Shown here piece by piece: positions 46,236 through 55,298 of a DNA stretch of 64,000 bases. The stretch lies in NCBI GenBank assembly GCA_029210585.1, contig JARGFP010000006.1:7949-71948 (forward strand), read 5' to 3'. The notes under the pieces are model-generated. The model made no database searches and was not told where the DNA came from. It was given only the letters and a program-made list of their open reading frames with translations. The position numbers and the translations under genes were made by a program. The number at the start of each line of letters is the position of its first letter. Within the stretch, counting starts at the first letter, position 1. Origin of the DNA: Bacteroidales bacterium (GTDB lineage Bacteria > Bacteroidota > Bacteroidia > Bacteroidales > GCA-2748055).

Positions 46236-47690
46236 TTACACATTATAGGTGGAAGAGGCAGTATCTCCTCCCCTGCCTGTCCAGTTGGTGTGAAAGAATT
46301 CACCGCGCGGCTTATCGAGCCGTTCATAGGTATGCGCACCGAAGTAATCGCGCTGTGCCTGCAGCATGTTGGCCGGCAACCGCTCGGTACGGTACCCGTC
46401 GAAATAGCACAGGGCAGAGGTGAATGCAGGAATGGGGATGCCGTTCTCCAGTGCCACTGCACATATCTTGCGCCATCCTTGCTGTGACGCTTCCACTTTC
46501 TCCCTGAAAAAGTCATTCAGCAGCAGGTTAGAAAGGTCATTGTCGGCATCGAAAGCAGCTTTGATGTCGCCCAGGAAAGCCGACCGGATGATACATCCCC
46601 CCCGCCACATCAGGGCAATATCGCCGTAGTTCAGGTTCCAGCTGTACTCTTTTGCAGCCTCTTTCAGCAGTGTGAAGCCCTGGGCATAGGAGACGATCTT
46701 TGAAGCAAAGAGTGCCTGCCTGATGTATTCAATAAATGTTGCTTTATCCTCTTTGAATTCGATCGCGGGTCCGGAAAGCACTTTTGAAGCTTTTACACGT
46801 TCATCCTTGAGTGCTGAAAGACAGCGCGCAAAAACCGATTCCCCGATCAACGTCAGCGGAATCCCAAGGTCGAGTGCAGAGATGCCCGTCCATTTACCGG
46901 TCCCCTTCTGTCCGGCAGTATCCAGGATCTTCTCCAGCAGCGGCTCTCCATCTTCGTCCCTGAACCCCAGGATGTCGCGGGTGATCTCAATGAGGTAGGA
47001 ATCCAGCTCTCCCTCGTTCCATTCCCTGAATATGTCGTGCATTTCATCAGCGTCCATACCCAGCAGGTTCTTCATCAGGAAATAGGCTTCGCTGATCAGC
47101 TGCATATCGCCATATTCGATACCATTGTGAACCATTTTTACAAAATGTCCGGCACCATCACTGCCCACCCAGTCACAGCAAGGGGAACCATCTTCCACCT
47201 TTGCAGAAATGGACTGGAAGATCTCTTTCACATGGGGCCATGCTGCATCTGAACCGCCCGGCATGATCGAAGGACCTTTCAGTGCACCTTCCTCGCCTCC
47301 CGAAACACCTGTGCCAATGTACAGCAATCCTTTTTCCTCCACGTACTTTGTCCTGCGGATCGTATCCGGATAGTGTGAATTTCCGCCATCAATAATGATA
47401 TCGCCCTCTTCCAGGTGCGGAAGAAGCATCTCGATGAAATCATCCACCGGTTTTCCTGCCTTCACAAGCATCATCACTTTGCGCGGACGTTCCAGAGCGT
47501 CAACGAACTCTTCCACTGATGTTGCACCTATAAAATTTTTTCCCTTGCCCCTGCCGTTGACAAATTTTTCCACCTTTTCAACGGTCCGGTTGTACACGGC
47601 TACCGTATAACCGTTGTTTTCCATATTCAGGACCAGGTTTTCACCCATTACTGCAAGGCCGATCAGGCCAATGTCTGCTTTTTCTTTCAT
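46236..47690 (-). CDS. gnd: 6-phosphogluconate dehydrogenase, decarboxylating (NADP)
   Basis: 484 aa. ADIGLIGLAVMGENLVLNMENNGYTVAVYNRT, DGGNSHY, GTGVSGGEEGA, HFVKMVHNGIEYGDMQLI, IRSAFL and QRDYFGAHTYER. Confidence 0.96.
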   Translation of the reverse strand: MKEKADIGLIGLAVMGENLVLNMENNGYTVAVYNRTVEKVEKFVNGRGKGKNFIGATSVEEFVDALERPRKVMMLVKAGKPVDDFIEMLLPHLEEGDIIIDGGNSHYPDTIRRTKYVEEKGLLYIGTGVSGGEEGALKGPSIMPGGSDAAWPHVKEIFQSISAKVEDGSPCCDWVGSDGAGHFVKMVHNGIEYGDMQLISEAYFLMKNLLGMDADEMHDIFREWNEGELDSYLIEITRDILGFRDEDGEPLLEKILDTAGQKGTGKWTGISALDLGIPLTLIGESVFARCLSALKDERVKASKVLSGPAIEFKEDKATFIEYIRQALFASKIVSYAQGFTLLKEAAKEYSWNLNYGDIALMWRGGCIIRSAFLGDIKAAFDADNDLSNLLLNDFFREKVEASQQGWRKICAVALENGIPIPAFTSALCYFDGYRTERLPANMLQAQRDYFGAHTYERLDKPRGEFFHTNWTGRGGDTASSTYNV

Positions 47691-47771
47691 CTTTTAAGTA
47701 ATTTTTCTATTTGTAAGTTTTAATGTTTCGTATTATTCGATTTTCTCTGTATATAATCGTGTTTTCTGCTT

Positions 47772-47856
47772 GATGTGGCCTGTTCGATGTGGCCTGTTCG
47801 CGCTGGCATGTTATGTTCGCGCTGGTATGTTCTGTTCGCCTGGTTGTATTCTGTTC
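47772..47856. repeat. Tandem direct repeats ending in TGTTC (14 bp x2, then 19 bp x3), 82-166 bp upstream of the gnd start
   Basis: GATGTGGCCTGTTC x2 (47772-47799), then GCGCTGGCATGTTATGTTC, GCGCTGGTATGTTCTGTTC and GCCTGGTTGTATTCTGTTC (47800-47856). Confidence 0.85.
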
Positions 47857-47925
47857 GCTTCGTATTTATCTTTTCATTTTTACCTTTTCCCCCGGCAGGA
47901 TCCGATCATCCGTTTTTACCATTGT

Positions 47926-49065
47926 TCAAAAACAGCTATCGCCGATGACGTCGAATCCAAGGCCTTCAAAAATTTCCCTGTATTTTCCGTCATCGTTGAA
48001 CACACGCACATGGTAGGCGGGCGGTTCGCGCCTGACCCGGTAATCGCCCCTGAGCTTTTCAAACTGGTCCATGCGTGCCATAAAGTTTTCATGATCTTCC
48101 AGCACGTCGTATGTCATGCCGTACACCTCCCTGGTTACTTCCATGGCATCCCTCTCCGCTCCATCTGCAAACAGCTCCGGCTCTCCTGGTGCAGGCACAT
48201 CAGCAGGTGTCCACTGGTCCATACCCAGGCCGAAAAACCTGCTTGCGGCCCTGACACTCATGGCCGTTCCGTTGGCTTTTCCATCCGTGGAGTACCCTGC
48301 AATATGCGGCGTGGCGATGGTCAGCAATGACAGCAGTTCCCGATCGACAGCGGGTTCATGCTCAAACACATCCAGCACGGCTTCCGACAATTTGCCATAA
48401 CGCAGTGCGCGCTTCAGTGCTTCTTCATGCACCACCTCCCCGCGGCTGGTATTGATAAAGACGGCGCCCTGTTTCATCGCTGAAAACAAGCCATCGTCAG
48501 CCAGGTGCCTTGTGGGATATTTTCCGTGGTCCGACAGCGGAACATGGATGGTCACGATGTCTGCGGTCTCCAGCACTTTATCCAACACCGTAAACGCTGC
48601 ATCCCCCTCCTTATCCGCGCGTGGCGGATCGTTGAGCAGCACCTTGTATCCAAGTGCAGCAGCTGCCCTTGCCACTTTTGTTCCCACATTCCCCACACCG
48701 ATAATTCCCAGGGTTTTCCCTGCAGGGTCCGCCCCCCGGAACCCTGGCAGACTCAGCAGCACAGAGACGATGTATTGTTCCACGGACCCGGAATTGCATC
48801 CCGGTGCATTGGTCCAGGTGATTCCGGCCGCATCGCACCAGCCTGTATCGATATGGTCGTACCCGATGGTGGCCGTGGCAATGAATTTTACAGCGGATCC
48901 TTCCAGGAGTGCGCGGTTGCATTTGGTCCTGGTGCGCACGATCAGTCCGTCTGCATCCTTCACATCAGCCGGCCCGATTGCATCACCCGGCAGGTAGACT
49001 ACCACCGCTTTTGCTTCAAAAACGCCCCCGATGAACGGGATTTTATGATCGACAACCAACTTCAT
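47926..49065 (-). CDS. pdxB: 4-phosphoerythronate dehydrogenase
   Basis: 379 aa. MKLVVDHKIPFIGGVFE, the D-2-hydroxyacid dehydrogenase NAD fold (GIIGVGNVGTKVA), HIAGYS, and a PdxB-specific C-terminal dimerisation region (FEKLRGDYRVRREP). Confidence 0.85.
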   Translation of the reverse strand: MKLVVDHKIPFIGGVFEAKAVVVYLPGDAIGPADVKDADGLIVRTRTKCNRALLEGSAVKFIATATIGYDHIDTGWCDAAGITWTNAPGCNSGSVEQYIVSVLLSLPGFRGADPAGKTLGIIGVGNVGTKVARAAAALGYKVLLNDPPRADKEGDAAFTVLDKVLETADIVTIHVPLSDHGKYPTRHLADDGLFSAMKQGAVFINTSRGEVVHEEALKRALRYGKLSEAVLDVFEHEPAVDRELLSLLTIATPHIAGYSTDGKANGTAMSVRAASRFFGLGMDQWTPADVPAPGEPELFADGAERDAMEVTREVYGMTYDVLEDHENFMARMDQFEKLRGDYRVRREPPAYHVRVFNDDGKYREIFEGLGFDVIGDSCF

Positions 49066-49187
49066 TTTAATATATCTCTTTTAGAGTATTATGATGTAAT
49101 CAGATCAACATTTCATCAATCTTTATCTGACGTATTGCCCGCCGGGAGATAAAACCTTCCAACACAACAAGGACTGACACATTCCTT

Positions 49188-50462
49188 TTAATTTTCAAAT
49201 TTATCCTTTGTGGACCAGAGCCCGGTGGCCGGATTGGAGATAAAATAAATCCTTTCCCCCCCGGGCAGATCGTTGAAACCATCTTTCAGTTTACCGGGAT
49301 CATACTTCCTGAGCATCATCTGCAGGTCGGCATACCTGTAATTCACCGATTCGATCTCTTCCCTGGTGAGGTTTTCAGGGCAGTAGGTAACCGAGAACCG
49401 CTGCTCGGTGGAGCCATGGATCAGGTGTGCCGCCGCACTCAGGTTATTGCGAAGGTCATCATTATTGGCCACAAAATCAAGTATTTCGGGCGTAGTCCTG
49501 TATCCATATTTACGGATCAACCGGTCGATTTCCGGATCCTCGCCAAATTCCTTCAGCCCTGGTGCCAGCACCACCAGTTGCCCGTTATCGGCAATGGCCA
49601 TCCGTGTACGGTAAATACTCTTGTTGCCGAGCCAGGTGCTCTTGAACTCTTCGGGGTCGAGGTAGACCACCACTTTATCCAAAGGCTCCGGGACCATTTC
49701 AAAGTTTACCTCCAGCGATAACGCGGCTGCTTTTTCAAAACAGTCATTGTCATCCCCGATGAACAATCCGCGCGGGACCAGCAATCCCGCGGAATTCCTT
49801 CCAACCACTGTCAGCACATAAACGACCGGCAACCCGGCACCAAAGGCACGTGCGGCATAATTCAGCACATCGCGCACGGGTGATTTCGCCCTGCCCATGA
49901 TCCGTTCCATGCCGTATGCAGCCCCCAGGAAATGGCTTTTATTGATCCCTTCCGGTCCGCCGGTACCCACAAAAATATTCTTGTTGTGGTTGGCCATACC
50001 AATCACTTCATGCGGCACCACCTGGCCAATGGAAAGGAGCAGGTCGTGCCCACCCTCCACAAGGAGCCTGTTGACCTGAGCGGGCCAGGCGTAGGAAACC
50101 CTCCCTTCAGAAACTTCCTGGACAAAATTTCCCGGCACTTCTCCCAGTGTCACCACGTCGGTTCGCCAGTTGTGTATCCTGAACAGGGACGCCGGGGTGG
50201 CTCCGTACATCTTTTTGATCTCCGCGGGAGTCATGGGTGCATGTGTTCCCAGGGCAGGAAGGATATCGGTCATGCTGTCTCCGTAATATTCCCAGGCCAT
50301 CTCCGTAATAGGTCCGGCAAGACTGTGGGCACGTGTGATATCCGGCGGTATTGCCAGCACTTTCTTTCGCCTGCCCAGCCTGTCTAGCGCCAGGTTCAGC
50401 CCTTCCCTGATGTCGTCGCGCGACAGCTCAAGGTCTTTTCCTCCTTTTTCGAAATAGATCAT
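49188..50462 (-). CDS. LarA-family (lactate racemase N-terminal domain/DUF2088) protein, putative NPN-dependent 2-hydroxyacid racemase/epimerase
   Basis: 424 aa. VLAIPPDITR resembles the LarA IISSDHTR block. ALGTH(74)AP resembles ATGFH(108)RP. PH(151)EVIGMANHNK(161)...INKSH(177) reproduces the 10- and 16-residue spacing of LarA His174/Lys184/His200 as I recall that sequence. Confidence 0.7.
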   Translation of the reverse strand: MIYFEKGGKDLELSRDDIREGLNLALDRLGRRKKVLAIPPDITRAHSLAGPITEMAWEYYGDSMTDILPALGTHAPMTPAEIKKMYGATPASLFRIHNWRTDVVTLGEVPGNFVQEVSEGRVSYAWPAQVNRLLVEGGHDLLLSIGQVVPHEVIGMANHNKNIFVGTGGPEGINKSHFLGAAYGMERIMGRAKSPVRDVLNYAARAFGAGLPVVYVLTVVGRNSAGLLVPRGLFIGDDNDCFEKAAALSLEVNFEMVPEPLDKVVVYLDPEEFKSTWLGNKSIYRTRMAIADNGQLVVLAPGLKEFGEDPEIDRLIRKYGYRTTPEILDFVANNDDLRNNLSAAAHLIHGSTEQRFSVTYCPENLTREEIESVNYRYADLQMMLRKYDPGKLKDGFNDLPGGERIYFISNPATGLWSTKDKFEN

Positions 50463-50478
50463 CTCACCAAGTTATTCA

Positions 50479-51366
50479 TTAATTCACTTTCCAGGAAGGC
50501 TTTTCGGGGAGGAAGGAATCAAATTTCTCCAGCAGTTCCTGTGCATAGGACCCTGCAAATGTGCCATTGAAAAACTTCTCCAGTCCTTCGTTCAGCAGGC
50601 GGTCCCACGAATCTTCCTCATGTCCGGGGTTGATCGGGAAGAACAACACCTCATTTGTCTTCGCCGCCTTGTAATCTCCGGGGGCATCACCAATCATCAG
50701 GATTTTGTTGTCCGGATACTTTCCTTTTGCTGCCAGTGCCAGGTGCTCTGTCTTGGTACCATATTCCTGTCCGCAGATGATCCTGACAAAGCCTTCGATG
50801 CCATTTTCCTCCCATTCACGCTCCAGTGCTTCCAGCGGTGTTTGCGAAACGACAAGGGCATCGGCCTTCTCACTGATCTTCTCCAGTGACGCACGCACTC
50901 CCGGGAACGGGGGCATTCCGAATACCATGTCCCTGATATTCCGGTTCACCTGCAACGACCATTCCAGTGCCAGGTCGATATCGGGATGGTTGACTGTTTT
51001 GGCATATTCAATAAGCGCGGGGTTCCCGAGCTTGGATTCCTTCTGGGTCCACCGGATCAGTTCCGACATATCGGGCAGTACCATGCCGCGTGCATGCACT
51101 TCCGGCCGTTGTGCCAGCAACCTGAATGTCTCCAGCACTGCCAGGAAGCGATTCACTCCCCGGGTCTTGGAGTAGAGGTTTGTAAATTCCCAGGTTTCCC
51201 TGGCATACTTGGATATTTTCTGCAGTCCGTAATACTTGATGAAATTCGGACAAAAACACTCTTTCTGTTTGATTTCCATCGTGTCGAACGCACATCCGTC
51301 GGAGTCGATGCCAATGAAAAATTCTTTGGTGGGTTGAAGTTCTTTTAATTGATCCTGCAGATTCAT
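50479..51366 (-). CDS. HAD-superfamily hydrolase (phosphatase-like)
   Basis: 295 aa. FIGIDSDGCAFDT is HAD motif I (DxD). LMIGDAPGDYKAA is motif IV. The stop is 16 nt upstream of the LarA-family start. Confidence 0.75.
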   Translation of the reverse strand: MNLQDQLKELQPTKEFFIGIDSDGCAFDTMEIKQKECFCPNFIKYYGLQKISKYARETWEFTNLYSKTRGVNRFLAVLETFRLLAQRPEVHARGMVLPDMSELIRWTQKESKLGNPALIEYAKTVNHPDIDLALEWSLQVNRNIRDMVFGMPPFPGVRASLEKISEKADALVVSQTPLEALEREWEENGIEGFVRIICGQEYGTKTEHLALAAKGKYPDNKILMIGDAPGDYKAAKTNEVLFFPINPGHEEDSWDRLLNEGLEKFFNGTFAGSYAQELLEKFDSFLPEKPSWKVN

Positions 51367-51529
51367 AGGTATATATCTTTTTTAAAGTATTATGATTAAA
51401 TTCGTTATTCATTCTGTTTTTCTCCAGCGGAGTTATTCTTCCTTATTCGTCAGCCTCATCAGCTCCACTTCGTTCAGGTTGTTACCGCACATTATACATC
51501 ATTAGGTTTCAGGCCGGAAGACCAGGCCA

Positions 51530-52807
51530 TCAGCCTGCCTGGAGCGAATAATCCTTCAGTTTCTTTTCCGCAAAGATGGGTTTGAGCTGCGCGAAACGCT
51601 GCCGACCGTTGATCACCGGCACACTCACCCAGTCCTCGCCGATCAGGGGGCGCACATATTCCAGGAAAGCATCGGTAACATCCACCCTGCTTTCGGCGAT
51701 CCATTTATCGGGAAAGGTCCTTTCCGACAGCGCCACTTTTTCCAGCGGCACCTTGTCGTACCTTACATTATAGATATAGCCCGGTTCCCGCAGGATCGTG
51801 GCCATCCACCCGTTTCCGTCGTTGAGTGCGATATCCACCGCTTTTTGTCCGACACGGTACGCCTCGTCCAGGTCCACCGTGGATGCATAGATGGCTGTAT
51901 CGCGCTGGTCGGTGCCCATCACCTGTCCGCGTGCCTTCCCGCGTGCCTTGAGTCCCACTTCATTCAGGTAGTTCACCACCACCTGGAAGACCGACTGCTG
52001 GCTGCTGCCGAAAGAGGTATGACCAAAGGAGTCTTTCACCTCTCCGAGTGACCCGACATCGAAGCCTTCACTTACCACCACGATGCAACGGCCATCTTTC
52101 TGCAGCTGGTCATTCACCCGGTCGGCCATCTCCATCAGGGAAAGTCCGGATTCGGCCATGTAGATCTGCAGCGGGATTTCCCGGCCAGGATCTGCCAGTC
52201 GCGCAGCTGCCGGTATGTACCCGATCTTTCTTCCCATGGCCTGGAGTACCAGCACCGGGTCGGCCGGGGAGGAACCCCTGTTTTCTTCGTCTGCATTCTG
52301 AACGATATGCGACCAGTACTTTGCCACACTGCCATAGCCCGGCGTATGGTCGATCAGTTTGAATTCACTGTCGCCCACGTCGTTGTCGATCGTCTTGGGC
52401 ACCCCAACGGCCACCACGTCAAGTCCGTGCTCCCTGGCCATCTCGCTGACACGAAAAGCCGTATGCTGGGAATCATTGCCGCCGATGTAAAAGAAATACC
52501 CGATGTCATGGGCCCTGAGCACCTCCACGATCCTGGCCATGTCCTTTTCCTGGTGGTCCTTCAGCTTGTACCGGCAGGTACCCACTGAACCGGCTGCCGG
52601 GGTTGTTCTGAGCAGCGCGATCTCCTCGTCGGGTTGGGCGGAAAGATTGAGCAACTCCTCCAGGAGCACCCCTTCAATGCCATGCCAGCCGGCATATAAG
52701 GTGCCAAAGGTTTCGGGAAACCGTTTGCAGGTTTCCACGATCCCCCTCAGTGATGCATTGATTACCGGGGAAGGTCCCCCCGATTGTGCTACGATTACAT
52801 TTCTCAT
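51530..52807 (-). CDS. Phosphofructokinase-family enzyme (short PPi-PFK-like)
   Basis: 425 aa. VIVAQSGGPSPVINASLRG, FFYIGGNDS (N-D where the E. coli ATP-PFK motif is D-G), VGVPKTIDND and VLQAMGRKIGYIP. The phosphoryl donor cannot be decided from sequence alone. Confidence 0.8.
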   Translation of the reverse strand: MRNVIVAQSGGPSPVINASLRGIVETCKRFPETFGTLYAGWHGIEGVLLEELLNLSAQPDEEIALLRTTPAAGSVGTCRYKLKDHQEKDMARIVEVLRAHDIGYFFYIGGNDSQHTAFRVSEMAREHGLDVVAVGVPKTIDNDVGDSEFKLIDHTPGYGSVAKYWSHIVQNADEENRGSSPADPVLVLQAMGRKIGYIPAAARLADPGREIPLQIYMAESGLSLMEMADRVNDQLQKDGRCIVVVSEGFDVGSLGEVKDSFGHTSFGSSQQSVFQVVVNYLNEVGLKARGKARGQVMGTDQRDTAIYASTVDLDEAYRVGQKAVDIALNDGNGWMATILREPGYIYNVRYDKVPLEKVALSERTFPDKWIAESRVDVTDAFLEYVRPLIGEDWVSVPVINGRQRFAQLKPIFAEKKLKDYSLQAG

Positions 52808-52954
52808 TATTCTGCGATGTTAACTTTAAAAATCATTTGCGAAGACTGCGTTTGGCAGGGCAGCGAAATCGAAGCATAAATAACTGTGATATGCCTGATA
52901 ATTGTCATACGCCCGACCCAAAAACAGTCATATAGGATCAAATCTTAATTCACT

Positions 52955-53809
52955 CTAAACCCCGCCGTAGGCACTGTATCCCCCGTCCACCGGAATGCAG
53001 ATGCCGGTAATGAAATGGCTCATGTCCGACAAGAGGTAGAGCGCTGTTCCGGTAATATCTGCCGGTTCACCGAATGCTCCCATCGGTGTACTGGCAATAA
53101 TTTTCTTACCCCGGGAGGTGAGTGCTCCTGTTGCTTCATCCAACAGCAGGAACCTGTTCTGGTTGGTGAGGAAGAACCCGGGTGCAATGGCATTGACCCG
53201 CACCCCTGTCTTGGCGAAATGCACCGCCAGCCATTCCGTGAAATTATTGATGGATGCCTTGGCGGCGGAGTAGGCCGGGATCTTGGTAAGGGGTTTGTAG
53301 GCGTTCATCGATGAAATATTCAGGATGACACCCTTCTGACGCTGCACCATCTGCTTTGCGAAGACCATTGTAGGGAGCAGTGTCCCCATGAAGTTCAGGT
53401 CGAACACCTTCTGGAAGCCCTCCATTTCGAGGCCGAAGAAGGATTTCTCCAGGTTGTCCAGGTCGTCTTCAGTGAGTTCCTCCAGCTGCGTGGTAGCCTG
53501 GGGGGAGTTCCCTCCTGCCCCGTTGATCAGGAAGTCGATCTGCCCCGCCTCGTCGGTAATTTGCTGAAGCACCGCCACCAGCGAAGCCTTATCCAGCACA
53601 TTTGCCTTCATTCCGAAGGATTTCGTTCCGGTCTCTTCCTGTACCGTGGTTGCCACTTTCTGCGCAGCTTCCTCATTGATGTCGAGAATCACTGTGACGA
53701 TTCCAACCCCAGCAAGCCCTGTGGCCAGTGAGGCACCAATAACGCCACCACCGCCGGTGATCACGCATACCTTGTCTTTAAGATCATTCAGATTGTTCAT
53801 ATTGTGCAT
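52955..53809 (-). CDS. SDR-family oxidoreductase, UxuB-like (putative fructuronate reductase / D-mannonate oxidoreductase)
   Basis: VCVITGGGGVIG, NGAGGN, SS..AY....IPAYSAAK (YxxxK), NAIAPGFFLT. Length and the long substrate-loop insertion resemble the SDR-type UxuB of Bacteroides/Bacillus. Possible starts are ATG 53809 or 53800; both overlap the upstream LacI stop (53784). Confidence 0.6.
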   Translation of the reverse strand: MHNMNNLNDLKDKVCVITGGGGVIGASLATGLAGVGIVTVILDINEEAAQKVATTVQEETGTKSFGMKANVLDKASLVAVLQQITDEAGQIDFLINGAGGNSPQATTQLEELTEDDLDNLEKSFFGLEMEGFQKVFDLNFMGTLLPTMVFAKQMVQRQKGVILNISSMNAYKPLTKIPAYSAAKASINNFTEWLAVHFAKTGVRVNAIAPGFFLTNQNRFLLLDEATGALTSRGKKIIASTPMGAFGEPADITGTALYLLSDMSHFITGICIPVDGGYSAYGGV

Positions 53810-54860
53810 TGAAATTTAGATAATAATCCACGTTTTCCTTTGTAAGTATGTCGATAGGCAGCAACACCTGGGGCGGCTGCTTTCGCTTGAGAACGGCCAG
53901 GCTGAAGAGTTGTCGGATTCCCAGGTAGGATTGTTCCTCCGGGCTTTGCGAAAGAAGGTAATCGATGTATTCCCGCTTCAGGTATTCAACGCTTTCCGGG
54001 AGGAGGTCGTACCCGATCAGCCGCACATTCATGGCACCGCGTTCGGCAAGGTACCTGGCCACCATATGTACCCTCGAATTGGTAACAAAGATGCCTGCAA
54101 CACTGAATTCCGTCATTTTCCTGGCGATCTCATCGGCCACCGTTTCATAATCGCCGCCATTCAGGTTAACGGATACCAGGTTGCTGACCCGGTCGCCGTG
54201 TTCTTCAAAATAGGCACGGAAGCCGCGTTCCCTCCTGATAATATGCTGGTAATTGTCTTTACGCAGGGAGAGGTTCACCACCAGGAGGTCCTTTCCAGAC
54301 GGAAGCCCGTAGCTGATCAGCCTTCCCCCGAGGAATCCGCTCTGGAAGGCATCCTGGCCAATAAAACCATCGGTCTCGATGCCTTCGACCCGGGAATTGA
54401 ACTGGACGCACGGGATCCCTGCTTCTTTCCACCTGGTGAGGAATTCGGCAGCTTCTTTACTGAATACCGGCGCAAACAGGAGCCCGTCGTACTTGCTCAC
54501 CTCAACAGTGCGCACCTTATCAGAAAAATCCGATTTACTGTGCTGGTCAAACCGCAGGTAATCAACATGAAGGTCAAAATGGCGCAATTCCTCCAGTGCT
54601 TTTTGCACACCCAGTTCGGGAAGTTTCCAGAAAGCGTGTGCGTTCACGACGTCCGGCATACATACCATCAGGCGGTACGTCCTGTTGGAGGCGAGGGCAC
54701 CGGCCAATATATCAGGCTCATAATCATACTCTTCAATGATCATTTCCACCCGTCTCCTGGTGGCTTCCGAGACCCCTTCCCGACCATGAAGCACCCGGTC
54801 AACCGTTCCCGTGGAAACGTTGGCAAGCCGTGCAATATCCTTGATCCTGATTCTTGACAT
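53784..54860 (-). CDS. LacI-family transcriptional regulator
   Basis: 358 aa. The N-terminal HTH is IRIKDIARLANVSTGTVDRVLHGREGVSEATRRRV. A periplasmic-binding-protein-like sugar-binding core follows. Confidence 0.92.
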   Translation of the reverse strand: MSRIRIKDIARLANVSTGTVDRVLHGREGVSEATRRRVEMIIEEYDYEPDILAGALASNRTYRLMVCMPDVVNAHAFWKLPELGVQKALEELRHFDLHVDYLRFDQHSKSDFSDKVRTVEVSKYDGLLFAPVFSKEAAEFLTRWKEAGIPCVQFNSRVEGIETDGFIGQDAFQSGFLGGRLISYGLPSGKDLLVVNLSLRKDNYQHIIRRERGFRAYFEEHGDRVSNLVSVNLNGGDYETVADEIARKMTEFSVAGIFVTNSRVHMVARYLAERGAMNVRLIGYDLLPESVEYLKREYIDYLLSQSPEEQSYLGIRQLFSLAVLKRKQPPQVLLPIDILTKENVDYYLNFNAQYEQSE

Positions 54861-55298
54861 CTTTTTTTGGGCAGGTCTTATATTATATTGTATACCTGAT
54901 ACTTAAAATCTCATTACTGCAAGTAGTCCATCAAAAATACAATTATTATTTGAATTTCACAGAAAATTTCAATAATTTCGTGTGCGTACACGGTAAAGTG
55001 AAACCTTGCACCTTTTTTCGTCCAAAATGAGCCGCACCATAACTGCATTATTGACACACCCGCATATGAACAGCGCATTCCTGGCGGTGGAAAAGCCTGA
55101 TAAAAAGTCGTTGCAGGTGCCATTCGCCTGCCTTAAAGTTTGGCAGGCGGATCTGATGCAGCCGTTGGGTTGCCCGGGAAAAGCAAATGAGGTCCGCACG
55201 CCTTACAATTCCGGCAGGCGGGCCTGGCCGATAAAGAACTAAAAACAAACAGATTAATAGCTGGGTACATCCCACGACTTGTAAAGAAAAAAAATACC

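Noticed and set aside
46072-47856. Possibility that the tandem repeats at 46.07 kb, 47.77 kb (and 62.67 kb) are CRISPR arrays
   Set aside because: The units abut each other with no unique spacers. They are 13-32 bp and degenerate, and there are no cas genes in the window.
47926-49065. Reading pdxB as a dedicated 2-hydroxyacid dehydrogenase of the LarA/HAD cluster
   Set aside because: The C-terminal PdxB-specific dimerisation region and N-terminal MKLVVDHKIPF pattern fit housekeeping 4-phosphoerythronate dehydrogenase. It is separated by 122 nt from the LarA-like gene, so I list it only as a caveat.
51530-52807. GGNDS in place of the GGDGS/GGDDS motif of phosphofructokinases as evidence for a novel kinase specificity
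   Set aside because: I cannot recall reliably whether short PPi-PFKs normally carry this variant. Without an alignment the deviation is not interpretable, so I note it only in the feature evidence.
53910-54857. 315-aa plus-strand ORF
   Set aside because: It is fully antisense to the LacI-family regulator, whose HTH and sugar-binding core are evident. I treat it as a shadow ORF.
55006-55242. 78-aa plus-strand ORF (and overlapping minus-strand ORFs of 69-96 aa) in the LacI/uxaE intergenic region
   Set aside because: There is no motif, a TTG start and several mutually overlapping frames. The GC-rich hairpin content explains the open frames better. I report the region as a possible RNA or operator element instead.
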